The translations under genes were made by a program, and so were the position numbers. Of a stretch of DNA of 64,000 nucleotides, positions 52,544 through 62,471 are shown piece after piece. Below the pieces are notes generated by a model. The model was not told where the DNA came from. It did no database searches and was given only the letters and a program-made list of their open reading frames with translations. The stretch's first letter is position 1. Every line of letters starts with the position of its first letter. This DNA is from Holophagales bacterium (GTDB taxonomy: Bacteria > Acidobacteriota > Thermoanaerobaculia > Multivoradales > UBA5704), in NCBI GenBank assembly GCA_031390755.1, contig JANMTS010000065.1:3205-67204 (forward strand). Direction: 5' to 3'.

Positions 52544-53464
52544 ATGCCCTCCATGGCGCACGAAATCCTCGTGGATCTGTTCAAGAACCGTCCTTCGCTC
52601 GCCGCCGAGATCCTGGTCGAGGTGCTCGGGGTGTCGCTTCCGGACTACACCGAAGCCCGCATCGTCTCGGCTGACCTGAGCGAGATCCAACCGGCCGAGT
52701 ACCGCGCCGATGCCGTGGTCGTGCTTCTGGACGGTGACGTCTCTGTCCGCGTGATCATCGTCGAGGTCCAACTGGCGCCGGACCCTCGAAAGCGGATGAG
52801 CTGGCCTGCCTATGTGACGGTCTCCCGGGCCATTCACGGCTGCCCGGCGACCCTCCTCGTCGTCGCGCCGGACCCGGTCGTCGCCGGATGGTGTGCGGAA
52901 GCTATCGAAACCGGCACTCCCGGCTTTGTGCTGCGTCCGCCCGTCCTGCGGCGCACCGCTGTGCCGGTCGTGACGGACCTCGCGGAGGCGTCCCGCCGTC
53001 CCGAGCTCGGCGTGCTCTCGGTCATGGCGCACGGCGATTCCGAGCAGGGAGCGACGATCGCCGCAGCGGTGTTGCCCGCGATTCGGGATCTCGATGAGGA
53101 CCGGGCGAGGTTCTACTACGACCTCGTATACAATTCCATGAACGACGCGGCCCGCCGCGCGTTGGAGGAGACGATGAAGGGTTACGAATACCAGAGCGAT
53201 TTCGCGAAGAAGTACGTTGCCCAGGGGCGCAACGAGGGACGCAACGAAGGGCTTACGGAAGGGCTTACGGAAGGACTTACCAAGGGCCGCACCCAAGAGG
53301 CGGCGCGCAATCTTCTGGCGGTCCTTCGGGTTCGCGGGATCGCGGTTCCGGACACGGTCCGCGAGCGCATCCTGGCCCAGAAGGATCCGGAGCGACTGGA
53401 GCGCTGGCTGGAGAAGGCCGCGGTGGCGTCTTCGGTCGCCGCGGTTCTCGACGATCCGAACTGA
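52544..53464 (+). CDS. Rpn-like PD-(D/E)XK nuclease family protein, intact copy, with internal SD+ATG at 53164-53176
   Basis: HEILVDLFKNRP, EYRADAVV..VEVQL catalytic-type motif, EGRxEG repeats, C-terminal LERWLEKA. Confidence 0.8.
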   Translation: MPSMAHEILVDLFKNRPSLAAEILVEVLGVSLPDYTEARIVSADLSEIQPAEYRADAVVVLLDGDVSVRVIIVEVQLAPDPRKRMSWPAYVTVSRAIHGCPATLLVVAPDPVVAGWCAEAIETGTPGFVLRPPVLRRTAVPVVTDLAEASRRPELGVLSVMAHGDSEQGATIAAAVLPAIRDLDEDRARFYYDLVYNSMNDAARRALEETMKGYEYQSDFAKKYVAQGRNEGRNEGLTEGLTEGLTKGRTQEAARNLLAVLRVRGIAVPDTVRERILAQKDPERLERWLEKAAVASSVAAVLDDPN

Positions 53465-53590
53465 GCGTTTCGACCTCCAGCCGGCTCTCTCGGCCCCTTT
53501 GTGTTTCCGCCGCCGGGAATCTTTCCTCGGGAGGCTTGCGAGAATCGGGCATCTTTACTCGCTTTCCGCAAGTATGGGAAGATGGCCGCT

Positions 53591-53914
53591 ATGCCCTCCA
53601 TGGCGCACGAAATCCTCGTGGATCTCTTCAAGAACCGCCCTTCGCTCGCCGCCGAGATCCTGGCCGAGGTGCTCGGGGTGTCGCTTCCGGACTACACGGA
53701 AGCCCGCATCGTCTCGGCTGACCTGAGCGAGATCCAACCCGCCGAGTACCGCGCCGATGCCGTGGTCGTGCTTCTGGACGGTGAGGTCTCCGTCCGCGTG
53801 ATCATCGTCGAGGTCCAACTGGCGCCGGACCCTCGAAAGCGGATGAGCTGGCCTGCCTATGTGACGGTCTCCCGGGCCCTTCACGGCTGCCCGGCGCGTT
53901 GGAGGAGACGATGA
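53591..53914 (+). pseudogene. N-terminal fragment of Rpn-like copy 2 (310-bp internal deletion)
   Basis: Near-identical to 52544-52849, then joined to the equivalent of 53160; frameshifted, stop overlaps the next ATG. Confidence 0.8.
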
Positions 53915-54189
53915 AGGGTTACGAATACCAGAGCGATTTCGCGAAGAAGTACGTTGCCCAGGGGCGCACCGAGGGACGTAACGAGGGACGTAACGAGGGA
54001 CGCGCAGAGGGACGCACCGAAGAGGCGGCGCGCAATCTTCTGACGGTTCTTCGGGTTCGCGGGATCGCGGTTCCGGACGCCGTGCGCGAGCGCATCCTGG
54101 CCCAGAAGGATCCGGAGCGCTTGGAGCGCTGGCTGGAGAAGGCCGCCGTGGCGTCTTCGGTTGCCGCGGTTCTCGACGATCCGAACTGA
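53911..54189 (+). CDS. stand-alone C-terminal Rpn cassette (RpnS-like, 92 aa)
   Basis: GGAGGAG SD then ATG; intact ORF MKGYEYQSDF...LDDPN. Confidence 0.7.
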   Translation: MKGYEYQSDFAKKYVAQGRTEGRNEGRNEGRAEGRTEEAARNLLTVLRVRGIAVPDAVRERILAQKDPERLERWLEKAAVASSVAAVLDDPN

Positions 54190-54315
54190 GCGTTTCGCCC
54201 CCCAGCAGGCTCTCTCGGCCCCTTTGTGTTTCCGCCGCCAGGAATCTTTCCTCGGGAGGCTTGCGAGAATCGGGCATCTTTACTCGCTTTCCGCAAGTAT
54301 GGGAAGATGGCCGCC

Positions 54316-54720
54316 ATGCCCTCCATGGCGCACGAAATCCTCGTGGATCTGTTCAAGAACCGCCCTTCGCTCGCCGCCGAGATCCTGGCCGAGGTGCTCG
54401 GGGTGTCGCTTCCGGAATACACGGAAGCCCGCATCGTCTCGGCCGACCTGAGCGAGATCCAACCCGCCGAGTACCGCGCCGATGCCGTGGTCGTGCTTCT
54501 GGACGGTGAGGTCTCTGTCCGCGTGATCATCGTCGAGGTCCAACTGGCGCCGGACCCTCGAAAGCGGATGAGCTGGCCTGCCTATGTGACGGTCTCCCGG
54601 GCCCTTCACGGCGGCCCGCCGCGCGTTGGAGGAGACGATGAAGGGTTACGAATACCAGAGCGATTTCGCGAAGAAATACGTTGCCCAGGGTCGCACCGAG
54701 GGACGCACCGAGGGACGTAA
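54316..54720 (+). pseudogene. N-terminal fragment of Rpn-like copy 3 (308-bp internal deletion)
   Basis: Near-identical to 52544-52840, then joined to the equivalent of 53149; frameshifted. Confidence 0.8.
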
Positions 54721-54928
54721 CGAGGGACGTAACGAGGGACGCGCAGAGGGACGCACCGAAGAGGCGGCGCGCAATCTTCTGACGGTTCTTCGGGTTCGCG
54801 GGATCGCGGTTCCGGACGCCGTCCGCGAGCGCATCCTGGCCCAGAAGGATCCGGAGCGGCTGGAGCGCTGGCTGGAGAAGGCCGCCGTGGCGTCTTCGGT
54901 CGCCGCGGTACTCGACGATCCGAACTGA
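54638..54928 (+). CDS. stand-alone C-terminal Rpn cassette (RpnS-like, 96 aa)
   Basis: GGAGGAG SD then ATG; intact ORF with one more EGRx repeat than copy 2. Confidence 0.7.
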   Translation: MKGYEYQSDFAKKYVAQGRTEGRTEGRNEGRNEGRAEGRTEEAARNLLTVLRVRGIAVPDAVRERILAQKDPERLERWLEKAAVASSVAAVLDDPN

Positions 54929-55054
54929 GCGTTTCGACCCCCCCTCGGCTCTCCTGAGCGCATCGTCAACGTACACTGCGTTCAGGCCGACCAGCCCCGG
55001 CCAAGAAGGGCCTAAAGCCTCCGCGGTCACGAAGGTAGGTCGGGTTCCTCGTTC

Positions 55055-55452
55055 TCGTTCACGCCCATACGAAGGCCTCGACAGCCACCGCGGCACCGGC
55101 CGGGGACGCGGCGCCCTCCGCCGACGTGCTGGACGAGATATACGCCGGCCCCAAGGCCGCTCTCCGTCCGATCCACGACCGGCTCATGGCCGAGATCGAC
55201 GCCTTCGGTCCGTTCGAGGTCGCTCCCAAGAAGGGTCAGCCTGCGGCGGAAGAAGAGTTCGCGATGATCGGACCGGCCACGAAGACGCGCGTCGAAGTCG
55301 GGCTGAACATGAAGGGCGTCGAAGGAACCTCCCGTCTCCTGGCCCAAGCCGCGGGAGGCATGTGCCAGTACAAGGTGAACGTCACGGACGCCAGCGAGGT
55401 CGACTCGGAGCTGATCGCCTGGATACGGCAGGCGTACGAGGGAGCCGGATAG
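55055..55452 (+). pseudogene. 5'-truncated duplicate of the DUF5655 gene
   Basis: Highly similar to ~51398-51811; N-terminus missing; compensating 5-nt and 1-nt deletions scramble the KKGYVSLRRKKQF motif. Confidence 0.8.
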
Positions 55453-55540
55453 ACCAGCCTCGCGACAGCGGCATACCGGGCGCCCTAAAAAGTGACGTGA
55501 AGTCGTTACCAATTTTGGCCAAGATCCCACGGATAAGGGA

Positions 55541-56548
55541 CTACTTCGCCACTGCCAGGATCCGTTCGATCGCCTTGGAGTCCGCCGGCAGCAGGCCGGC
55601 GGCGGGGAGGCGGGGGACCAGCTTCGCCCAGCGCGGCTCGCGGGCGAACACGTCCTTGAACAGCGGCAAGGCCTTGTCCTCCTGGCCCGCCACGAAGAGC
55701 GTGACCGCCTGCCAGAAGGGCAGCTCCGCGATCTCCGGCGCCATCGCCGTCGCCTTCGTGTAGTGGCCGAGCGCCGCCGCGAAGTCGTTCTTCGCCACGG
55801 CCTCGTCGCCCAGGTTCATCTCCTGATACGCCCGATGGAGTCCGAGCAGCCGCCGCAGCTCGATCAGCGGCGCGGGGTTGTCGTCCACCCGCAGATCGAC
55901 GATGCCGTCGTTCCAGGGCTCGCCGCTCGACCTGCCCTTCACCACGATCAGCGCCGCGCTCTGGCGCCCGCGGATGTCGCCGCCCTCGGCCTCGGCCGCG
56001 TCGAGCGCGGCGAGCAGGCGGTCCGCGAGATCGCCCTTGGCGGCTTCGAACGCGCGCGCCATGGCCGGCCAGACCGTCGCCTTGTCCATCAGGTTCGCCT
56101 GCACGGAATACCCGCCGGAATAGCCGCCGCCGGTCTGGTGGCCGGCCGCCGCAATGCACTTCGGACCGGTCCACGCCGCGGCGCGCCCCTGCGCGTCCAC
56201 CATCGCCACCTGCCGCACGTCCTTCTGGGGATCCTGGGCCAGCAGCAGGTCCAGCGCCTCCTGCGCGGACTTGCCCTTCCGCATCAGCTCCAGACCCTTC
56301 GGGCCGTAGTCCACCTTCACGAACGACTGCGTGGCCACGGCTCCGACCCCGGCCTCGGCCCAGGGCACGCTCGGCCCCACCTGGAACCAGTGGCTCTGGA
56401 CCGCCACGCCGAAGTCGCCCGTCGCCGGATCGCGGGCCACGATGGAGTAGGTGTGCGCGAGGGGATCGGACGCCTCGGCGCCCGTCGAGGTCAGCAGGAT
56501 CAGGACGATCAGGGCGGTGAGCCAGGTGGAGCGGGGCATGCGGGCCAT
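55541..56548 (-). CDS. DUF1028 (Ntn-hydrolase-like) protein with C-terminal TPR
   Basis: Signal peptide; TYSIVARDP..FGVAVQS, GAVATQS, GGDIRGRQSAAL, DLRVDD. Confidence 0.9.
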   Translation of the reverse strand: MARMPRSTWLTALIVLILLTSTGAEASDPLAHTYSIVARDPATGDFGVAVQSHWFQVGPSVPWAEAGVGAVATQSFVKVDYGPKGLELMRKGKSAQEALDLLLAQDPQKDVRQVAMVDAQGRAAAWTGPKCIAAAGHQTGGGYSGGYSVQANLMDKATVWPAMARAFEAAKGDLADRLLAALDAAEAEGGDIRGRQSAALIVVKGRSSGEPWNDGIVDLRVDDNPAPLIELRRLLGLHRAYQEMNLGDEAVAKNDFAAALGHYTKATAMAPEIAELPFWQAVTLFVAGQEDKALPLFKDVFAREPRWAKLVPRLPAAGLLPADSKAIERILAVAK

Positions 56549-56773
56549 GGGTCTCTTCCTCTCGGTTCCGTGTGGGATTCCGGTCGACGGTTGCGGGAGC
56601 GTTTCAGAAAATCCGCGGCGTAGCAACCGCCAGATGCGGCCGAAGATGCGGACAGATTGGCGCAGATGTTGGCACCAAAGGCCTTCCCGGCTTATGATTC
56701 CTTGGCTATCGGGAAAAAGTCGGCTCAGGCTCGCGGGTGGTCCGCGCTAGGTCCGCTTCCCAGCGTACGCTCA

Positions 56774-57823
56774 ATGGCTCTCGACGCTTCCAATCGCCGG
56801 CAGCAAGGCCGGACCCTCTCGCCGCGCGCGCTCGGCGCCGCCATCGGCATCGGCGGCAGCCTCGCCGGGGGCCTCCTCGGGTTGGCCTCGTTCACCGCGC
56901 TCGGGCGGGAATCCCCCATCCCCGGCATCGTCCTGGGGACGTGCCTGCTCCTGGCCTGGGGGCTTGCCGTGGCCTTCGGCATGGCCGCCGCCGCCCGGCA
57001 GCGCGCCTCCCGGAGCGGCGAGGAACGCCGCCGTCTCGAAGCCGAGCTGGCCGAGCTGACGGAGCGCGCCCGCCTCGCCGACTCCCTGAGCCGCGAGGTC
57101 AACGACTACCGGCGGCTCTTCGAAACCGCCGACCCGGTTCCGCCCAGGACCGCTTCCCCAATACGGAACGAAATACCTGCCGCGCCGGACGGGATGGCGC
57201 CCAGGGGGGTGCCGGCGGCCGCCGTCGCGACCCCGAAGATGCCGGTGCCGCGGCCCGCAGCCAGGCCGCCGCTGGAGGATTCCGGCTCCCACGCGCTCCG
57301 CGATCCGCTCACCGGCCTCTTCCATCACCGGTACTTCGAGTCCTGCCTCGGGCGCGAGATCCACCGCATGGAGCGGCGCAACATGAGCCTCGGCATCCTC
57401 CTGCTGGAGGTCGACGCCTTCGACGCCTTCCAGAAGGCCGAGGGCCAGGAGAACGCTGAGACCCTGCTCCGCACCCTGGCCGAGCTGCTGAAGCGCCGGG
57501 TGCGCGGCGGCGACGTCGCCTGCTACAACGGCCAGGGGGAGTTCGGGCTGCTGCTGCCGGAAGCCCCCCTCGAAGGCGTCCGCGCCCGCGCCGAGCAGCT
57601 CCGCGCCGCGGTCAAGGAGCTGCGCGCCCGCGGCGGCGACGACGCTCCGGCCAGCTTCACCCTGTCGCTCGGCGTCGCCGCCTACCCGGACAGCGGCCTC
57701 GCCTTCGACAAGATCCAGCGCGCCCTGCGCAGCGCCCTGGAGCAGTCCCGCCGGGAGGGCGGCGACCGCGTCTCCATCGCCCCCGCGGCCGTGCTCGACC
57801 GCCGCCTGATGCTTCCGGACTGA
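56774..57823 (+). CDS. membrane protein with degenerate GGDEF domain
   Basis: Two TM helices, coiled coil, DPLTGL, RGGD I-site, GQGEF in place of GG(D/E)EF; start uncertain. Confidence 0.82.
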   Translation: MALDASNRRQQGRTLSPRALGAAIGIGGSLAGGLLGLASFTALGRESPIPGIVLGTCLLLAWGLAVAFGMAAAARQRASRSGEERRRLEAELAELTERARLADSLSREVNDYRRLFETADPVPPRTASPIRNEIPAAPDGMAPRGVPAAAVATPKMPVPRPAARPPLEDSGSHALRDPLTGLFHHRYFESCLGREIHRMERRNMSLGILLLEVDAFDAFQKAEGQENAETLLRTLAELLKRRVRGGDVACYNGQGEFGLLLPEAPLEGVRARAEQLRAAVKELRARGGDDAPASFTLSLGVAAYPDSGLAFDKIQRALRSALEQSRREGGDRVSIAPAAVLDRRLMLPD

Positions 57824-57844
57824 GCTCTGGCGCCCTCGCCCCGC

Positions 57845-59335
57845 ATGCCAGGCCGAATCCCCATCACGCCCTGGCTTACCCCCTTGAAGGCCGTCGGCCT
57901 GCTCGGCGGCATCGCCGCCTTCCTGCTGCTCGCGTTCCTCGACACTCCCCTGCGCCACGACCCCGAGTGGGGGAGCCGGCCGGCGTTCGCCGCCGCGGGG
58001 GCCGCGCTCATGGCCATCTGGTGGCTCACCGAGGCGCTGCCGATCTACGTCACGGCCTGCGTGCCGCTGGTGCTCTTCCCGCTCACCGGCATCTTCGGCC
58101 CGAGCCTCGGCACCAACGTCCGCGAGAGCGTGCTGCCGTACCTCGACCCCTACATCTTTCTGTTCGCCGGGGGCATGGGCATCGCCGCGGCCATGCAGCA
58201 GTGGAACCTCCACCGCCGCATCGCCCTGGGCATCATGGACCGCATCGGCAGCGATCCCCGGCGGCTCCTGGCGGGCACGCTCTGCGCCACCGCCTTCATC
58301 TCGATGTGGATCTCCAACACCGCCACCGCCGCGATGATGATGCCCATAGGCCTCGCCATCATGCTCCAGGTCGAGGACCAGCGCGGCACCGGCCGGCTCC
58401 GGCACTACGGCATGGCCATCATGCTGGCCATCGCCTACGGCGCCAACGTCGGCGGCATCGCCACCAAGATCGGCACGGCGCCCAACGCCCAGTTCTCCGG
58501 CTTCATGGAGAGGCTGGACATCCCGGTCACCTTTCTCCAGTTCATGGCCGTGGGGCTGCCGTTCGTTCTCTTCTTCCTGCCGATCGTCTGGTGGATGCTC
58601 TGGCGGATCGGGCGCAAGGAGGGGCTGACGGGCGAGATCGGCGCCGACGCCATCTCGGGCGAGCTGACCCGCCTGGGGCCGGTGCGGACCCCGGAGCGGA
58701 TCGTCCTCGGCGTGTTCCTGGTCACCGCCGGCCTGTGGATCGCGGGCAAGGTGATCACCGAATTCCTGAAGCCGCGCTTCGACTTCAACCTGACCTCCGC
58801 CCACGTGGAGGGCGGCATCGCCATGCTCGCGGCCCTGCTCCTCCTGCTCTGGCGGACGAACGGGCGGCAGGTGCTGGGCTTCAAGGCGCTGGCGGGCGTG
58901 CCGTGGGAGACGCTGCTGCTGCTGGGCGGCGGCTTCGCCATGGCCGCGGCCATCCAGAAGAGCGGTCTGTCCGACTTCCTCGGTGCCCAGCTCCTGGTGA
59001 TCCGCGGCCTGCCGCCGTTCGGCCAGGTGCTGCTCGCGAGCGTGGCCGTCGTCGCGCTCTCGGCCGTGGCGTCGAACACCGCCACCATCGCCGTCATGCT
59101 CGTGGTGCTCAAGGACGCGGTCGCGCCCGAGGTCATGACCACGACGCTCTTCGCGGCGACGCTCGCCTGTTCCTGCGACTTCGCCCTGCCGGTCGGCACC
59201 CCGCCGAACGCCATCGTCTTCGGCAGCGGCTACGTGAGCATCCCGCGCATGGCGAGGACCGGCGTCGTCCTCGATCTCATCGCCGCCGTCCTCGCCGCGG
59301 TCTGGTGCTGGTTCGTCGTGCGGCTCGTGCTCTAG
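57845..59335 (+). CDS. DASS/SLC13 family sodium-coupled anion symporter
   Basis: WWLTEALP, SMWISNTAT, IGTAPN, ASNTAT, LPVGTPPNAIVFGSG. Confidence 0.93.
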   Translation: MPGRIPITPWLTPLKAVGLLGGIAAFLLLAFLDTPLRHDPEWGSRPAFAAAGAALMAIWWLTEALPIYVTACVPLVLFPLTGIFGPSLGTNVRESVLPYLDPYIFLFAGGMGIAAAMQQWNLHRRIALGIMDRIGSDPRRLLAGTLCATAFISMWISNTATAAMMMPIGLAIMLQVEDQRGTGRLRHYGMAIMLAIAYGANVGGIATKIGTAPNAQFSGFMERLDIPVTFLQFMAVGLPFVLFFLPIVWWMLWRIGRKEGLTGEIGADAISGELTRLGPVRTPERIVLGVFLVTAGLWIAGKVITEFLKPRFDFNLTSAHVEGGIAMLAALLLLLWRTNGRQVLGFKALAGVPWETLLLLGGGFAMAAAIQKSGLSDFLGAQLLVIRGLPPFGQVLLASVAVVALSAVASNTATIAVMLVVLKDAVAPEVMTTTLFAATLACSCDFALPVGTPPNAIVFGSGYVSIPRMARTGVVLDLIAAVLAAVWCWFVVRLVL

Positions 59336-59366
59336 ATCCCCCTGGACACCGGCCTGCCGGAGCGGC

Positions 59367-61829
59367 TCAGCGGACCGTGATCCGGCTGGAGACGCCGAAC
59401 GTCCGGGGCTCGTTGACCAGGTAGCCGACGCGGGCGCGCGTGCCGCGCTCCTGATCGAGGGCGAGCCGGGCGTGCTCGTCGAAAAGGTTGTTGACGAACA
59501 CCGTGAAGTCCCACTTCCCGTTCAGGAACCCGAGGCGGAGGTTGGCGTTGTCGTACGCCGGCAGCTCGGGGTTGAAGGTGAACGTGTCCCGGGTGAGCGG
59601 TCCGCCGATCGTGTTGGCGCCGAAGGAATTCAGGTTCACGAGGCCGAAGCCCGCCGCCTGGTCGCCGATCTGGGTGAAGCGCGAGCCGATGTATTGATAG
59701 CTGCCGGTCAGATAGCCCAGCCAGCTCTCCTGCACAGCCCATTGATAGGTGGCCGTGGCCGCGGCCTGGAATTCGGGGACGGTCGGCAGCCGGTTGCCGG
59801 ACTCGATCCCGGCGACGACCAGCACGTTGCCGGCGGGATCGGTCGAGGTGAGCGTGGAGCGCAGCTCCGACTTGCCATAGTTGGCCGACACGGCGAAGTC
59901 GAAGCTGTCGCTGGGCGAGGCCGCCCACTCGAGCTCGATGCCGGTGCTCCGCGCCTTGGGGACGTTGAAGACCACGCGTGACGAGCAGGTGCCGGCGGTC
60001 ACGGTCGCCTGAAGGTTCTCGATGTCCATGTAGTAGGCCGAGACGTTGAACCGCCCGCGGCCGCCGCGCAGCGTCGACTTGGTGCCGACCTCGTAGTTCC
60101 AGATCTCCTCGTCCTCCCACGAGTCGTGGCCGCCGAAGGTCCGCAGATCCTGGGGGGTGCAGAGCGGCACGTTGAGCGGATCGTTGATGCCGCCGAGGCG
60201 GAACCCCTTCGACACCTGGGCGTTCAGCTTGGTGCCTTCCTTGACGTCGAGGCTCGCGATGAGGCGCGGCGCGAATCCGGTCGCGGAGGTCGAGCCCGCG
60301 TTCGTTCCGGCCTCGGCGAAGATGCCGTCGAAGGTCTGGGTCCGGTCCTCCTGGAAGTCGTAGTAGCGCAGGCCGCCGGTCAGGTCCAGGCGGCTGTTGA
60401 CGGCCCACGTGGCTTCGCCGAACACCGCGAGCTGATCCATTTCGTAGCTCAGGTCGGAGAAGTAGAGGACGTCGCGCTTAGCTCCGAATTGTCCCGCGGT
60501 GGGGATGCCCGTCAGCGCCTCGAAGCCGGAGATGAGCACCTCCTGGCCGTAGTCGCGCTCCTGGTTGCTGTAGAAGACTCCGGTCAGCCACTGCAGCCGG
60601 TCCCGCCCGCCGGCGAGGCGAAGCTCCTGGGTCCAGACGCTCGAGGTCGTCGCATCGGTGAGCGGTGCGTCGAGGGTGTAGACGTTCTCCGGCAGGCCGA
60701 TGGAGCCGCCGGTGATGCTCGCGCCCAGGGCCGTGGCGTCGCGAACCACGAGGATGTCGCGATCGGTGTAGGCGGTGATCGAGGTCAGCGCCGTGCCGCC
60801 GAAGTCGTAGCCGATGTTGAGGTCGGCGAGGAGAAACTCGTCGGTGAACGGCTCCTTGAGCTGGGTGAGCTGCTCGCGCTCGCCCAGGTCGAACGTCGGC
60901 CGCGTGGTCGTGTAGGGATTGGCGAGGATGTTGAAGGCGTCCTCGCGGTTCCACCCGTCCATCTTGATCTCCTGGTAGAGGACTCGCGGAGTGATCGACA
61001 GCCGATCGTTCGGCTCCATGCGCAGCGCCACGCGGGCGCCGTTGCGGTCGCCGCCGTTGACGTCCTCCTCGACGCTCCGGTCCGGCTGGACGGCGTCGAC
61101 GAAACCGGCGTAGGTGGTGTGGAAGGCGGTGATCCGCAAGGCGGTCGTGTCGCCGAGCGGCGTGTTGAAAGCCACCTTGGCGCTGCCGCCGAGCTCGTTG
61201 TTGACGGTCAGATCGGCCACGGTCTCGTGCTCGCCGAGCGTGGGCTGGTTGGAGATGTACCGCATCGTGCCCGAGGCCGAGCCCGCGCCGAACAGGGTGC
61301 CCTGCGGACCGCGCAGCACCTCGACGCGCGACATGTCGAAGAGGTCGAGGTCCGGCGTGAACAGCGAGAGCGAGATGCCGGAATCGTCGAGGTAGACGCC
61401 CACCTGCTCCTTGACGCCCGGCTGGTCCCGCACGATCTGTCCGGAGGAGACACCGCGGATGGCGACCTGGCTCTGGCCGGGGCCGAGGTTCTGCACGGTG
61501 AAGCCCGGCGTGGTCTGCGCGATCCCCTCGAGGGACTCGACGCCCTGCTTGCGCAGATCCTCCTCGGTGGGCGCCGCCACCGAGAACGGCACGTCCTGGA
61601 CCTTCTCCTCGCGCAGCTGCGCCGTGACGGTGATCTCCTCGGTGATCCTCTCTTCCAGAGGCGGGCTCGCGCGCTCCTCCGCGATGTCGCCCTGTTCCGC
61701 GGCCGGCGGCGGCTCCTGGGCCGTCCCGGGGCGGGCCGCGAGCCCCGGAACCAGGATCAGGAAGGCGAGTCCGACACAACCGAAAACACTCCGGCGACAC
61801 TGAAAGGCGTCCCCATGGCTGGCCTTCAT
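59367..61829 (-). CDS. TonB-dependent receptor
   Basis: EEITVTAQLREE..QDVP, IRG, RVEVLRGPQGTLFG, C-terminal NNLFD..PRTFGV; GAGGAGG SD. Confidence 0.93.
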   Translation of the reverse strand: MKASHGDAFQCRRSVFGCVGLAFLILVPGLAARPGTAQEPPPAAEQGDIAEERASPPLEERITEEITVTAQLREEKVQDVPFSVAAPTEEDLRKQGVESLEGIAQTTPGFTVQNLGPGQSQVAIRGVSSGQIVRDQPGVKEQVGVYLDDSGISLSLFTPDLDLFDMSRVEVLRGPQGTLFGAGSASGTMRYISNQPTLGEHETVADLTVNNELGGSAKVAFNTPLGDTTALRITAFHTTYAGFVDAVQPDRSVEEDVNGGDRNGARVALRMEPNDRLSITPRVLYQEIKMDGWNREDAFNILANPYTTTRPTFDLGEREQLTQLKEPFTDEFLLADLNIGYDFGGTALTSITAYTDRDILVVRDATALGASITGGSIGLPENVYTLDAPLTDATTSSVWTQELRLAGGRDRLQWLTGVFYSNQERDYGQEVLISGFEALTGIPTAGQFGAKRDVLYFSDLSYEMDQLAVFGEATWAVNSRLDLTGGLRYYDFQEDRTQTFDGIFAEAGTNAGSTSATGFAPRLIASLDVKEGTKLNAQVSKGFRLGGINDPLNVPLCTPQDLRTFGGHDSWEDEEIWNYEVGTKSTLRGGRGRFNVSAYYMDIENLQATVTAGTCSSRVVFNVPKARSTGIELEWAASPSDSFDFAVSANYGKSELRSTLTSTDPAGNVLVVAGIESGNRLPTVPEFQAAATATYQWAVQESWLGYLTGSYQYIGSRFTQIGDQAAGFGLVNLNSFGANTIGGPLTRDTFTFNPELPAYDNANLRLGFLNGKWDFTVFVNNLFDEHARLALDQERGTRARVGYLVNEPRTFGVSSRITVR

Positions 61830-61964
61830 GAGACCTCCTCGACGAGAGAATCGGCAGCGCAGGATTGCGCAGCGGCGAAAGTTCATGAAGTCTACTTCCT
61901 TCGCGGCCCTTGCGAGAGTCCCGCCTTGATTCGTTAGGATAGAGGTTTCCAAGGAGAGAGATTC

Positions 61965-62471
61965 ATGAAGATTCGACGTCTGGTTTCGATCCTGCCGGCG
62001 CTCGCCCTGTGCGCCAGCGCCGCCGCTGCCAGCGGAGACAACGGCGGCAACGGCGGCAACGGCTTCAGCGGCACCTACATCGCGACGTTGCCCGAGCGGG
62101 CAGAAATCCTCCAGCTCCACCGCGACGGCACCGCCGAGATCACCCTGTCCGACCAGGTCACCTCGGGGGCCGGAGGCTTCACCTTCAGCGACAGCTTCGG
62201 GTCGTGGAAGATCACCGGCGCGCGCACGCTCACGGCGCGCTTCGTGAACCTGAACTTCGACGTGACCGGACCGGCCGCCACCTACTCGGGCGCCGCGGTG
62301 GTGGACTACACCCTCCAGTTCGCCGGCAACTTCCGCACCTTCCACGCGAGCTGCAGCGGCAGGATCTATCCCACCGGCTCGGACCCCTTCGCGCCGGGCT
62401 CGGTGCCCGTCACCACCTTCGACTGCGCCTATCTCGACGGCTTTTCCTACCGGCGCGTGCCGCTCGACTGA
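61965..62471 (+). CDS. secreted hypothetical beta-rich protein
   Basis: AAGGAG SD; signal peptide; two Cys; beta-strand pattern. Confidence 0.75.
   Translation: MKIRRLVSILPALALCASAAAASGDNGGNGGNGFSGTYIATLPERAEILQLHRDGTAEITLSDQVTSGAGGFTFSDSFGSWKITGARTLTARFVNLNFDVTGPAATYSGAAVVDYTLQFAGNFRTFHASCSGRIYPTGSDPFAPGSVPVTTFDCAYLDGFSYRRVPLD

Noticed and set aside
52544-54928. Calling the Rpn copies an insertion sequence
   Set aside because: No terminal inverted repeats or target duplications seen; the copies are tandem
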